From contig NC_087245.1 in assembly GCF_037042905.1 (NCBI RefSeq), positions 13,146,001-13,210,000 of the forward strand: a stretch of 64,000 nucleotides of DNA, given 5' to 3'. Position numbers and translations under genes: made by a program. The stretch's first letter is position 1; every line of letters starts with the position of its first letter. Below the pieces are notes generated by a model. The model had not been told where the DNA came from. It did not search any database and saw only the letters and a program-made list of their open reading frames with translations. Below are positions 41,219 to 55,333 of this stretch, piece after piece. Source of the DNA: Lytechinus pictus (taxonomy: Eukaryota).

Positions 41219-44200
41219 GTGAGTGAAGATCATTTTGCTTTTATTTATTTATTTATTTATTCATTTATTTATCCATTTCTCACAAAGAAGATTGCAAAAT
41301 AATGCTTTCCAGAAATAAGCACATGGTAAACTATTCTGATATCTCTGTCCCATTTCGTCTTAGACTAGTTTGTTTCAGTTTGGGTCTAAAAATTACCACA
41401 CCTAGGTTTCTATTTCGCCCGAATTCGGGGTAGATCATTCCATTTTGTCATAAAACATTGGTGTTTAACGTCACTTATAATTATAACAACTGAGTCATAC
41501 CAAAGATTTTAAAAAATTGGACATTTTGCTTTCTTGTCACGTGTTCGACGTATTAGAATGGAAAAAGGTAATAATAACATATGCAGGGTACACTGGAATA
41601 ACAGCTTTATGCATCTAAAGTTGGTGCCCTGGATAAATTTATCATATTATTATCATACCATTTGTATAAATTGTAATTCGGGTTGACCAAAATAATCGAC
41701 CAAAATGATTGAGCCAAAACTGTTTTAAAGGGTTTTGACTAGAGTATGACGAATCCCTGACGACAGAATACGCCCTACGCCAATAATAATTATCTATCAC
41801 ATCTATTTGTTTCAGTCTCTTTCTAGCTTTATCTTATTATAGGCCTATACAGTATAAGATATAATTCTTTGGACAGGCATTCACTTGAAAAGTTCAATGT
41901 GAACTCATCATCACACATTTGTTTAAACTAAGAGCATGGAGCTACTAGTAGCTCCATGCCAAGAGTGAGGAAAATTTTAGAACACAATAGTAGATCAATT
42001 CTGTGCTTCGAAATGTGGAAAGTATCATTCATCACGTTGCCATGACTACCATAATTACTTCGTCATCATATTTGGGTGAAAACTAGCCCGTGGCACCAGC
42101 ACTTGCCAGCTAGCGGAGGTTGGTGCCGAAAAGTTTTCAAGAGAAATACCACACCCCATGAACAAAGCATTGGTAGATTTATTGTTCTGCTCTCCAAGTC
42201 CAACGCTTGTAAAATGGCAATGATTTAATAATTCGAACAACCTTATTTCCCTTTCTTGGCTTGGTCGGTCATGGAATATATGGGTCACTGACATCGCAAA
42301 ATCTTAGACCTCATACGTGTGTCGACTGACCCACAATTTTTTTTTTCGTTAGGATTAACTTTCAAAGGCATTAAACGGAAAGAATTCCCGAGCCCGAATC
42401 TTTTTGAAAGGTTTCGACACAATCATGTTTTCATAGCTCTTTTGATCGGGTAGCTATCTCGTTTACCCTTCTTTCTATTCATCTCTCCTCCTGTAATTCA
42501 CCAAGATGATACGGCATTCCTGAACTATACTTTATTAAGCTCTACAAATATACATACAGTCTCCTTTTCTCACCAGAATTTGCCTTTCATATCCCAGTGT
42601 TGTGGAATTTAATAAAGAAAGGGACAGATGACTTTCCAAAAATGACTGTCTTGTTTTGTATCCTTTGTAGTTATCGGTTTAAGATCCAGACACGCTACCC
42701 TTAAGTCCGCAATGGTGTTTAATGATCGCAACATGCTTACATCACCCACCCATGCAGACATTCATTGGGTTCACATTAATGGACAGTATGTAAAACATTT
42801 TATCCGGGGAATCTCTGATATTATTCCTGCCAATCGCATGCAGAAAAGACAAAGAAAATAATTACAAGAAACTTTATTGTGATAAATCATGTCTCCACGT
42901 TGCTTTGATTCTCGTTGTAGTATTTCTTTTTATTGCTCTTTTTGACATTTCCCTCTTCTAATGTTCGTTTTGTCCATCTCCAAGACATCTTTCTCCTCTT
43001 CCATATCATTCCTTTTAATCAAATCAAATACTAATTACGAATTTTCTGAAATACCCATCACCTCCCACAATCCAAACTTCTCCCATTCTCCGTTTTCATC
43101 ACGTAACCGGGGGTGGAGGAGGGGGGGGGGGGTACAGACCCAAAAGCCTATGTGTGTGGTGTGCAATGATTTAAATGTATAAAGAGATCGAAAGTGAATC
43201 GATAACAGTGGTGTAATGAGACAAGGGAATTGGGGACTGAGTTTTGTATACGGTGATCTGTGTCTAGAAATTCAAGAGTGAGCAAAACGACTGAGCTAAA
43301 AACATATTTCAACATTCTGTGATAATTTTGTCCTGTACAAAAGTTAAGGAAGCTAGAAATTCATAGAAATTTGGTGAAAGTTACGATGCTGAAAATTGCA
43401 ATAAAATAGTTTATCAAAAAGATATTTGTGAAAAATTGTAGGATTCTTCAAGAATTATTCAGCCAATCCCCAACAAACTCATTTCCATCATACCAGTGCT
43501 CTCACTCATTGCTCACTCCCGAATCTGCAAATAGAAACAGGAAAACAGGAGGTCCTATATTTTTAACGCATTGCTGCAGTTGATCCTGTCCCCGGGAACC
43601 ATGACATGTCCTCAACCCTCCATGCATGCCCCTTTTTGCTGTGTATCATAATTTACAGTACATTGTCAGCGACGCCAGTTAAAAACTAACAACATTCATC
43701 ATATGTCACGTATTTCAATGACAACTCCCACGCGACTCTCAATCATCCAGAACAGAATTTATGATCTCGATATTTGTCATCTTCCACATCCCTTTAATCC
43801 GTTTTTATTTCCTCCATTACCCGCTCCCATTTGCTATGAATTGTAATTTATTGCCGATTAACAACAACAAATTACTCTAAATTTTGAATCTTAAAACGTT
43901 CATTTCTCTCCTGATCTGTAGAGTAATCATAATCATACCATATTTTCAATCATTATGACACCCTAAACTCTTAGATGTACCCAATTTCTGTTTGTCTGTG
44001 TTTGGATATTCTTTCATTGACTTATCCATCGACGAGACTTCAATTTAAATTAATTTTATTTTCTTCAATTTCTCTTCATCCATCCCATTATTCAAAGCTA
44101 CATTTCCGTAAGAGTATGATAAAGATTAATGTGGTTATATTCGTCATTTTGTATTCAGTCGTCACTTTTAAAAAGAAACTGTCCTCTCAGGTGGTTCATC

Positions 44201-44482
44201 CTGTGCTTAATAATTAGTCTTGACATATACATGTACCTTTTATTAATACAGAAATTAAAACTGTGTTGTTACTTTTTGAATAATCAAATAATTGTCACTT
44301 AATGAAATTATTGGAAAACACGAATGTTTGGAACCGCATTGTTACTAAGTTCTAAGTTTTTAAGTTCCTTGGCAGCACCCCTGTTGTGTGAATGGAGTAA
44401 AAGGGAGCAGACTATTTCTTCGAATCTATATAAAATATTAAGACAACACGTAAGAATAATGCATTCGGGGTAAGGAGTGCTG

Positions 44483-44628
44483 GGGAGCGTTGGCATGAAA
44501 GGACTTGTCGGATGTTTTATTTCATCCGACAGTTACCATGGGAACTGTGCTTCTCAGCCAATCAAAATCAAGAAAAGTTGTCAGATCTGACAACTTTCTC
44601 AGACAAAAAAAATTGACGAAACGCCCCC
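44483..44628. mobile_element. Short MITE with CTG TSD (Harbinger-like)
   Basis: CTG-GGGAGCGTTGGCATGAA...TTGACGAAACGCCCCC-CTG with internal palindromes. Confidence 0.6.
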
Positions 44629-45238
44629 CTGGACAGTTTTAGTTGTTGATAACCTACTGGAGCTTTTGCAAGATGGCACTGGCGGATCTGGCATATTGCC
44701 TTTAAGATAAATACTGGATTAATTCTTTTCCTAACGTTTGTCAATACACCGGCTCTGTAGATACAAGCAGTACGTGATGATTGTACCTTTTATAAACTAT
44801 CTAGTGACCAGACAACAGTCGATATACCATGACAATCCGTAAATTATTTTGACAAGCGCAAAAAGCTAGTGTGTCGAGAATTGTAAATCATTGTTTTTAG
44901 GTACTATGGGTCGACAGATTTAAGAACTTAAACATTGGGGCCGATAATTTGAGACGGACAGAGGCTATGATAGGCCTATACAGGCTCGTTGACGAATTGT
45001 TGTGTATTTTAAAAAAATTGATATTAACAAAAATGAGGAGCAGAAAGACGGATTGCTGTGTAGGTCTATAAGAGATAAGGGATAAGAGCGAACAAGATAC
45101 ACGCAGAGAGAGAAAAATATAGAGGTGGACATGTAGAACATTAAAAGGCATATTACATGGAACTAAAGAGAAAAGAAAAAAGAAAGGGCAGGTATTAACA
45201 TGAAAGTCAAATTTTGAGGTCGAAGTTAGCAATGACTT

Positions 45239-45433
45239 AGGGCCTTTTCACACGTGAATCTTGAATCATCATTGCAATGATGATTGCTATTGTAATCGTG
45301 ACTGTGATTAGCGTTCGTGATTCTAATCATGTTCTAGTTTGGTTTCACACGTGCTAAATATTCGTCATTAGCCTTATTTTTTCACTGTAATCGTCATTCA
45401 AATTACGAATTTTTTACCGTGTGAAAGGGCGGT
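45239..45433. mobile_element. Decayed Harbinger-type MITE
   Basis: AGGGCCTTTTCACACG...CGTGTGAAAGGGC with TTA/TAA-like flanks. Confidence 0.55.
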
Positions 45434-48400
45434 TAAACACTCATCATGTAACCTCTGATAGCACTCTTATAACACTGACGAATTAATGGAGACCTCATAT
45501 TAATCACCTTTATCACCTGATTGTAATTTGATTGATAATTATCTATGGCTGAATGTTTGAGTCATAGTTAGAGTCTTGCTTGGATGGTTTTTACGAAGTA
45601 TAGTCCAACCACTTCATTAATACTTTATAGGGATTTAAACTACTCTTCTAAAAATTAATGTTTCTACCCTTGATGTTAATGTATCTAATCCTTGTGGATA
45701 TTAGATATTGCCATCATGAATCGATCACTCCGATTTCCATTTCTGTATCCCCTCTATCAATTCTTTCTCTATGTCTCCCCCCCCCCCCTCTCTCTCTCCC
45801 TCTCTCTCTCACGCACGCACACACCATTTTCTTGCTGATGAAGTTTTCTTTTTAAAATTTGTCCTTGTTTCTTGTGTTTCTTTATATAATGACCTATTAA
45901 TTTTCCTTTCGTTCTTTCTTCCCCCTTTTTTTATTTCTTTTCCTCTCTCTTCTTTCCTTCCTCTCTTCCCTCCTTATCTATTTCTCCACTCCTCATTGCT
46001 TTCTATCTTTATATCCACTTTCGCTATTCAGATAGGCCAATAGCACCTGCGTCCCATTTGCCCACTGAACGCCATATTGTTAACAAATGAAAGCAATGGG
46101 ACAAGGACAATTAAGAAAGGAAATGGCGTTTTAAAAGAGAAAATACTAAAAGAAGGAAACTTATCATGATATCCCTTGGGAACATCTAAGCCCCCATAGA
46201 ATGAGGATGATCTCAGATAATGAACCAAAATTTGGTTTGGTTTATAGAGTGGTAGAAGCTAAAAGTATACCAATAACAAAAGATAAAGACGAATATTTAC
46301 CATTTATGTCTTACGTGCCTATAGAATTCGGCTGTAAAACGAAAAATTTCACTGGGAATTTCTTTTAGTTTTGATGTAAATTGAATAATGAAAATTTAAA
46401 TTCAATTTCTTTGTATTTTGTGAACGAGCAACAATGGTCCTTTCTAAATTCAAATGTCTAATTTCATGAATTTTTGTGAAAGATTTGCGCACAATATTCG
46501 GAAAATTATTTCACATTTTATAATTTCCTCCTTTTTTCCTTTCTTTTCTTTCATTTTCTCTTCATTTCTGTTCGTCGTTCTTGGCACTTTTTTGGGGGAT
46601 GGGGGTGGTAACAGCGCCCAAGCTTCCCACATGTACGCCAGTAGAGAGGCGGAAAACTAAGAAAAGGTGAATAAAAGATAATGAGAAGAAAGAAAACAGG
46701 AAATCTGGAATGTATATGGGGAGAGGGGAATCCTATCATTGTAATTTCCCATTGAATATATTTTAGTTTGATTTAATCTGAATTGAATTGGCATTCCATG
46801 GTCAAGTCTTTCGTAAAGTCGTCTGTAACTTTCTGAACGGCTTCGCGAAATGACAGTATGACACCATGCAGTTCGACTATCCCCGGCTAAATGAACAAAG
46901 CAACTGCGAGGAAATAGACATGATAAATGATAGAAGAGGCAATGGCAAGTAGATGTGAAGAAAGCATTAAGAAATTACGACGGGTTTTAGATGCATATTG
47001 TGTAGACAAATTCATGCAATCCGTATAAAATTTTCAATCGGCAAAAATAACAATGACTGATTTTGTCCTGTCCTATCAATGTGAGATTACAACCCACAAA
47101 GGAGACTACATTCTGGAATAAAGACTCGAACAAAAGAGCTATATAGATACTTGGAAATTTACGGAATACATAGAACGAAAACTTGGTAAAACGTTTGGTT
47201 TTGCGAAGGCTAAATCGTTTTGTGCATTTGTCTAATCCAATCAATGGAATTAATGTCATCAAGAACTCTAGACAGTTGTGAGAACGAAATCAAACGCTTG
47301 TGTAATGATAAGAAGTAAAAAAGGAAACAAGTAAAAATTTCAGTTTATTGTAAAATAAAAACATCAATCACAGTATTATAAGAAAAATGAGGGTTCCATA
47401 TAATAGGTTTCCTTTCCATAGGAAGAATGGTTATACCATGTTGTAACTGTATCATTTTCTTTCCGTTTTGTCATCAGACACAATGGGAAAATTCGCATAA
47501 TGACTTCCATTTCATGACAATGAAAGTCCCTATTTTATCAATGATTTCACGACAAGATAATGACCATTGTTGTTACAAATAAGTTATCATTTATAAAGAT
47601 ATTGGAATGACTCTTATAGCCTAAAAGAAATGTCATCGGCAGTACTTATGTTTGTCTATTCTGTATTTTTTATTAGGTCTTCAAATTGATATCATGTATG
47701 GTTTCTTTTAATCTTCTGGTCGATGTCTACCGAATCTGTGGTCGTTGGGATCTTGATCGAAATGTAAAAGTTTAAAATTGAACATAATGCTTGAAGCCTG
47801 AATTTTCTCTCTTTATTCTCTCTCCCATCTAATTTCTGCACCTTTTCTTCTTCGACCAAGACCCTAACCCCATCCCTCTAAACAATGTAAAACATAGAGA
47901 AAACAAAAATTAGAGCATAAAAATGATAAAAGATGTATTCGGTTGTTTCATAAAACTTTAAGATTTAACGATGACGCGCACTTGGGGAGCCAATTCGATT
48001 ATCCTTCATTTTAAGCATAGGTTATGCTTAGAAGCATTCAATAAATTGAATTGAATTGAATTGAAGCTTAATGTTACGTCGAAATGCACTTATCCCATTG
48101 GCATAAGTATCATCAACCATGTCAACGACAAACATTTCTTCCAAAAACATATTAATTTTACCACAATACTGAGATTTTGAAAAATACATTCACATTGTGC
48201 AAGTTGATAAGATCTCATAATCTCAAAATCTTTCACAAAATAATGTACGAGCAGGTTTTGTTTAGGAATATATAATTTGAACACGTAAAAGTGAAGAAGA
48301 ATGGACAATGGACAAGTGAAGAAGAATGGACAAGACTTCAAGATAAGAGAAAAACACTATGTTAGATAAACCTCCATATACTCATTTTAGGGTACCTTGA

Positions 48401-49005
48401 ATATGAGTGAACCTGTACCTCGATCATTGAACTCCATTAGCCTTATCGTTCAATTAATTCTAGTTACCTGTTCAAGGTACCCCTTCAATGATTGAATTTG
48501 GAAATTGGTAAAGAAAAAATGGGCCACCGTTATATCAGAGCCTTATTGAAAGATCTCACGTTACAATTAAGACCACAATTTGTGTTCCTGGGACCGCAAT
48601 GCTAATTAATGGATTAAAGTCATTTTGGGTGTGTGAATTCACACTGTCACCACTCGGTTGTGGTTTCAAATCGTTGGTGAAATGGTTTTGTTAAACATCA
48701 TACCCAGTTTGGGAAAGCCCTCCAAGGGGGGGGGGGGTTAAATTTGTTTTTCCAGCGTGAGTAGCAACAAATGGCAAACTTAAGATACGATTTTTATCAT
48801 CACTAATGAACAGTGGATAGGCGAAAAGGCAGAACATAACAACATTGGCACCGTAAATGGTACAGCACGGAATACAATCAGACATTACGCTGAAAAGGTG
48901 ATTTATGCCTGTGCGAGGGAGCGTATCGACCGAGCAAGCCTAATTAGCTCATGTTTACTCCAGTTAAAATTACCAATTGTTACATATACACACAGTACAA
49001 AATAG

Positions 49006-49325
49006 CACTGGCGGCAGAAGCCAAAAAAATAGGGGGGGGGGCCACCAACAATTTTTGACAAGCAAAAAAAAAAAAAAAAAAAAACGTTACCAACCAAAAT
49101 TTTAGGGGGGGACCAACAAAATTTTTAGACAAGCAAAAAAAAACCGCTACCAACCTAAATTTTAGGGGGGTCCACCGAAATTTAGGGGGGGACGCAGGAA
49201 AAAAATTGACAAGCAAAAAAAAAAGTTATAAACAAAAAATCTAGGGGGGATCGTCCCCCCACCTCAAATTTTTTTGGGACAGGTCCCCCCGTCCCCCCCC
49301 CCCCCCCCCGCTTCCGCCGCCTATG
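49006..49325. mobile_element. hAT-type MITE (Wnt6 intron 2)
   Basis: CACTGGCGGCAGAAGC...GCTTCCGCCGCCTATG with perfect 8-bp TSD CAAAATAG. Confidence 0.87.
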
Positions 49326-50427
49326 CAAAATAGGGCACTTAAAACACAATATACTATTAGGTCTACATAACGATATTCCAGGGCAAATGGCGTTTTGTGT
49401 GAGGGAGCTTGGCGACCGAGCAAGAAAATTTGTTATTTTCACAAGCGAAATTAAGTATTTTAAACCTTCAAAATACCCATACCCGTAGCGATAGGACAGT
49501 TTCATGTGTTCGAGGGATTCTAGCGAGCCAATATATACTTTGCTGTTTTCCCCAGTAAGAAAACAAGTATTATAACACACAATGGGGTATAGACCTATGA
49601 TTGAACACTGCAAGTGAAATGACGTTTGTATGTATGCTTGTCAATGTAGTGAAATATATCATTAATCCACGACACAGTATGTTCTTCTCTCTTCCTATTT
49701 CTCTTTGCTTTGCCTGTGGAAAGGGGATGGGGAATGAAATTAAACAAAAACGAGGAATCAATATTTTACCTAAAATGAGAAGAACGGAGGGGAAGTAATG
49801 AAACATTACGATAACGTCTGAGAGGGGAAATAATTCACCGTTTGCCCATCACTCTGCGGTTGTCATCACCCAAGTTAGAGCAAACCCTAATCAGTAATCG
49901 GTGCGAGGGTGTGTAGGTCAACCAGTTGTCACTCTGATTCCGAGTGTGACACACAAAATGTTTCAATTACGACATCGATGGATGGGCTAAAAGTACAATG
50001 CCCCTCTTTTTTTACTCAGTTTCTCCTTTTTTCTTCTGTCCTGCATGTGTCGTATTATGAGAAGCAGAAACAACATTGAAGTTTCATTTCGATGATGCAT
50101 TGTGTTAAAAATCAGTTTTTGAATTTCCTCGTTGAATATTAAAATATTTGACTACTTTATTCGTCTCTGCCATGGGTATATAGGAAGGGGAGGGGGTCTT
50201 ACGAAAAAATGTAATGAGTCTTCTTTTTAAATCGTTAAAACTTGGGGGCAATACCATTATTGTCGCATGCTATTCTGTGCATTTGGCGTGAACTGAACAT
50301 TCCCAGCAAGTAGGCCTATCGTAGTGTAATCCCTCTGATGTCGTGTAATTTCATTCAGTAAAACATTTTATTGAAATATCTCCGTAACTTATCTAGCACT
50401 TGATACATTTCTCTCTTTTTTCTTCAG

Positions 50428-50708
50428 ATACTCGACAAACGGCGTTCGTCAATGCTATTACAACAGCGGGGGTGACCTATGCCGCCACCCAGGCTTGTAG
50501 TATGGGTAATTTACTCCAGTGCGGCTGCGCAAACCTACCCAATGGGCGTAACGAACTCGAGAGCAACGAAGCCTGGGTGTGGGGAGGGTGTGGCGATAAC
50601 GTCGAATATGGTTACACCAAGTCGAAGGAGTTCGTCGATGCACATATGAAGAGGCGGAGTGATATAGGGACACTGGTCACATTACACAATAACGAAGCAG
50701 GAAGATTG
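50428..50708 (+). CDS. Wnt6: Wnt6 coding exon 3
   Basis: Acceptor TTTTTTCTTCAG; (D)TRQTAFVNAITTAGVTYAATQACSMGNLLQCGC...WVWGGCGDNVEYG...HNNEAGRL; donor TTG|GTGGGA, phase 0. Confidence 0.96.
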
Positions 50709-52578
50709 GTGGGAATGTATTTCTAACATTTTTTTAAACACCCCCACACACACACGAACACCCTGATCGTAACTTTGCAGAGGTGCATGCAGTTTATTTT
50801 GCAAGATTTTATTTTCGATACATATCTCTCTATCTCTATTTAACATGTTAAACGATATACCAGCGATTATTGGTCTACTGTAAAGGGTGTATTTGTCATT
50901 ATTTAGTCAATTCATGTTAGTACTAGTGAATGAACTTTCACATTTTCGCTAAGACAGCCTGAGAGTGAACATTCATGGTGCTATGTATATCCCTTCTGGG
51001 TTTCCCAGGAGTAGATTCATGGAAAAATGTGCCTCCCTTTTAAATGAAATGCCTTATGTGTTCCTATACCTTCCACACCGAGTATGTATCCGGTTGATAA
51101 CGAAAATAGTGGCCGAGAAAAAACATCTTTCAAAAGCAGGAATTAAACTGAAAAAATAATGAATGAAAATATATGTATGCTGAAAAACAATTCATAAATG
51201 ATTTTTTTTGGGGGGGCCTATTGATTGGTTAAAAAATTACAGGGACCACATTTTAATTATATAGTAATTCCAAAGAAACTTAAGTAATTCCACCTTCATT
51301 TCCATATCCTGTAAATTACCAACGACAAAATTATGCTCTCGTCATCAAGTCATTCTTGTCGATAAGTTTTGGATTAGTTCGTGTGTGTGTTTTTAGCATA
51401 CTGATAAAATCATAATAATCATACCAGCATTTCAAATTCCATTCTGATAGAAGAAACCATCATGGTGGAAAAAAAAAACAGCGGGAGTATGGTGGAATAA
51501 GTTTGAATGTGTCACTTGGCCACTGATTCTTGGTGCAGACGATTTATGGCGACGTTTCACGGTCCGTCAATATGTTTGTGTAAAGTTAGCGACGCCATCC
51601 AAAATGAGATGAAAAATATATCCATGGCCTGACCTCAAAAATACTTCCCAGTGTTCTGACAATGTCAGAGCATGGACAAACTCGGTCAGAGCCATCACTT
51701 TTTAACAACATTGGTTGTAACTGATACAAAAGTCGTACGACAGACAGTCTTGTTCTGGTGACAACTGCAGCCCAGTTTTATTCGTCTTTATTCGTTTAGC
51801 TACCAGATTCATCGGCGAATCCATGATTTTTTTAAGAGGAGTAGATTAGAATATTATTGTATTAGCAATAAGATGAAATGTAAAGAGAGAAGCTTAATAT
51901 CTAAGGCGGTGGATCATTCACTAAAAGAGGGTGACGAAGTGATGCCGTATGAGCACACTTACCACCCCTCCCAAATACCGGCCAAAATAAAACGCCTATC
52001 AATAGCATCAACCACTCGTACTTTTACAGTGGTGCTAAAAAGTTAGTGAACCCCACCAGAAAATAGAACATATTTAAAAGTGTTCAAATTCTGCCATCTT
52101 TTAGATATTTATTTGTGATTTGGACATACCCTAAATGAAGAGGTTCAGCATCTCCGTTGTGTTACAAGGCCATCATGATGTATGCGGGATGTATGTTATG
52201 GATCTGGAATAGCAATGGAGCATTAGGAGAGGGGGAGGGTGCAGTTGATGGGCATGAAACTTGGGGGCACTAAATTAAAACTAAAGAGCTTCAGACCTGT
52301 CAATATGACACGGTCATGAATAGATCATGTCGTAAATTTACAGGAGGTTTGTTTGAAGCTGCCATGGGTCTTTTCCAGTAACATCTTGGAAATATACCCA
52401 GTGAACCACTAATAAGTCATGACCGATGTGCGGGGATGACTTGATTAGGGTTATTGGGTTATTTATCTGTTTGATATTATTGTTTAATGTTATCTGTTCT
52501 TGTGATATTTGTCATGAGCATTAATTGTCATTTATGTATTTTCCCTCTTTCCCCATTTTCTCTTTACGATTCGTATAG

Positions 52579-53055
52579 TCTATCTCGAAGCACATGCGAC
52601 GGGAATGTAAATGTCACGGACTTTCAGGCTCCTGTACACTCAAGACTTGCTGGAAGAAAATGCCCACATTCCGTGACGTCGGAAACCGCCTAAAATCTGC
52701 CTTCGACGGCGCCGTCAAAGTCACTGGCGGCAACAGCGGCGAGAATCTTATTCCGGAAGACGAAACGGTCAAACAGCCCACCATCAAAGACCTTGTATAT
52801 TCCATGGAGTCACACGACTTTTGCGAACCCGATCGTAAGTCTGGTTCCCTTGGCACGGAAGGGCGACGGTGTAACAGCACCTCAATGGACGTTGGAGGTT
52901 GCGACATCATGTGTTGTGGAAGAGGATACCACGAGGTCCTGGCTGAGAAGCGTGAAAACTGTAGGTGTCGGTTTCACTGGTGTTGCGTCGTCAACTGCGA
53001 CACGTGCAGAGTGGTCCAAACGATACAGACTTGTAACGGATACAATCTTGGGTGA
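52579..53055 (+). CDS. Wnt6: Wnt6 coding exon 4 (terminal)
   Basis: Acceptor TCGTATAG; SISKHMRRECKCHGLSGSCTLKTCW (Wnt lipidation-site motif)...MCCGRGY...CRCRFHWCCVVNCDTC...NLG-stop. Exons sum to 74+227+281+477=1059 nt, 352 aa. Confidence 0.97.
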   Translation, partial: SISKHMRRECKCHGLSGSCTLKTCWKKMPTFRDVGNRLKSAFDGAVKVTGGNSGENLIPEDETVKQPTIKDLVYSMESHDFCEPDRKSGSLGTEGRRCNSTSMDVGGCDIMCCGRGYHEVLAEKRENCRCRFHWCCVVNCDTCRVVQTIQTCNGYNLG

Positions 53056-53370
53056 CACCCATTAATGAAGAATTTTACTAAGACTATTAGAAGATGAACA
53101 ATCAAACTACGTTTTGCCGATAGCAGGTCATGTACAGGACAATGCTATTTGATTTTATCTCCAACGTGGACATGTTGGCCATCTTGGCCCATATTGTTAT
53201 TTTTCATACTAGCTCTGTCTATGCATGCTCTTTTTGGTAAAGCAACGTGATTATTTTTTACTATCGAAAAATATCGTTATTTATTATCAAGTTATCATGT
53301 TTCTTGAATATTCGTACGTGCTTCACTTTTTCTAATAACCGATGGATGACTACACTGACTGGGTCATAGT

Positions 53371-53584
53371 CATAGGCGGCGGAAGCGGGGGGGGGGGGTC
53401 CTTTCCCCCTTAATTTGAGGTGGGGGGACGACACCCCCCCCCCCCCCCAATTTTTTTTGTTGATAACCTTTTTTTTTGCTTGTCAAAAAATTTGGGTTGT
53501 TTGTTCAAAGGGTTTGGGTTGTTTCCTGCGCTCCCCCTAAATTCAGATGGACCCCCCTAAAATGTTTGGCTTCCGCCGCCACTG
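53371..53584. mobile_element. hAT-type MITE in the probable Wnt6 3' UTR
   Basis: CATAGGCGGCGGAAGC...GCTTCCGCCGCCACTG; TSD GTCATAGT/GTCATGGT; same family as 49006-49325 in the opposite orientation. Confidence 0.85.
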
Positions 53585-55327
53585 GTCATGGTAGCCCCCA
53601 AACATATCACACACGCACACTCACCCCCTTACACACATCCTCCGATACATAATGAGAGAGGGGGCGGACAGAGGGGTTAGGGGTTGGGGAGAAAAGGCGG
53701 CACGGGTGATCAATTCATATTCATAAGAAAATATGAAATAAAAAATCTAATTATGCTTATACCTGCAATTTCTATGATTCATTGTCGGGTTAAAGTCTCT
53801 TTTATATGTAAAAACACATGAAATACCTATACCTTTTGATCATTTATTTTCCTATAAAAAAGATTCTGATAATTGTAACATTAGAAATTTCGTCAGATTA
53901 TTGTTTATATCATTCTATGATTAAATTAAGGTTTTAATATTTTGCATTTCTTCTTATTACGATATAATTTAAGAAGATATATTCAAATGTATAGACCGAA
54001 ATTAATATCTAATTTTTGCACGTTAATTAATGAAATATAATTTGTAGACAAAAGGAGATTCAGCATACATTAAAACGATCGAACATCAATTTATCGCGTG
54101 GTTCAGATTTTTTGTTGTTGGATAAGTGCTTAGTCCATCACACTGTCTTATGTTAGAAAATAACATGTTTACTCATTTTAAATCAGTATCGGATTTGAAG
54201 GTGCCTTAATTTTCATTTCTTGAGAATGTATTGCCAAATGTGTATTCAGAAGCCAAATTAAAGTAGTGTATGAATTTATGTTGGGTCGCTAAAAATGACT
54301 CTCCCATTCCGCCCTTGGTATTCATGTTATTTATTTCAGCCTCGTTAGTTTGAGTTATTTTGATGTCCTATATCTTTTGATGCATATTTCATTGTTGTGA
54401 GAATATACTCATCCTAAGACTGAGACACATTCATTTTTTTAATAAAATGAATATAATAAGCCTGTATAATATAGCACTGTATTAACTTTGTTATTGTTAA
54501 CTTCAACACCAATATCGACCTAAATGTATATAAATTTAAGCTCAATTAATTAGAATTGAAATGATATAACCACAAGTGTATTGGTGTGGGCGGTAGCCCC
54601 TCCCCTAAACAAAAATCCACAATTTTAACTTTTTATTTTTCTTGATTTTTTTCTATGTCAATGTATTTGCATAAAAATATAGATTTGTATAGAATTATTT
54701 TGAACACTGTCCTTGCTGGACCACCCTCATACTCTCTGCGGGGACTTATTAGTGTATCAGCTGTCACTATTGATATTTAGATGCAACATAATGCATCAGC
54801 ATGACCCCCCCTCACGAAACTATATATAATTATGCCATTTGATAGTCTTACATCGATGCCTAAATTACTTTCCCCCATAAAAATACAGAACGGAATAAAG
54901 GAGGAGTTTGCATAAAATTATTTAAAAGATTATCATTACATTGTACACTCTTTAAATTTTGGGCAACAAAATGTAGTCTACAAAATGAATTGAATTCAAA
55001 ATTCACCCCTTCCCGATAATTTCGAAGGAACTCGAGGAAATCAAATAAACTCCTTCAAAATTAATTGCCATAAACCAATTTTGATGTGGACAATGATCAT
55101 CTGATAATGTTGCCCAGTGTATGGCAATTAGTTCAAACAGGCCCCGGCTCAACAAAACATTGTACTTGAAGTTTGCGATAATTTGAATGATTTTTTAAAA
55201 AAGAAACATAATAATTGTAATATTTTTTCACAAAGAAAATGTTGTAAATATTTTGAATTATTTAATTAAAATACACCAAATATGCAAAGATAGACATGGT
55301 GTTGTTGATATAGTGCTACATTTTGTG

Positions 55328-55333
55328 AATAAA
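55328..55333 (+). terminator. Candidate Wnt6 polyadenylation signal
   Basis: AATAAA followed by a T/GT-rich tract near 55370-55405. Other AATAAA hexamers lie upstream (e.g. 54441), so the choice is uncertain. Confidence 0.3.

Noticed and set aside
52487..53065. Alternative-frame and antisense ORFs overlapping Wnt6 exon 4
   Set aside because: Shadows of GC-richer coding sequence; the Wnt frame explains the region.
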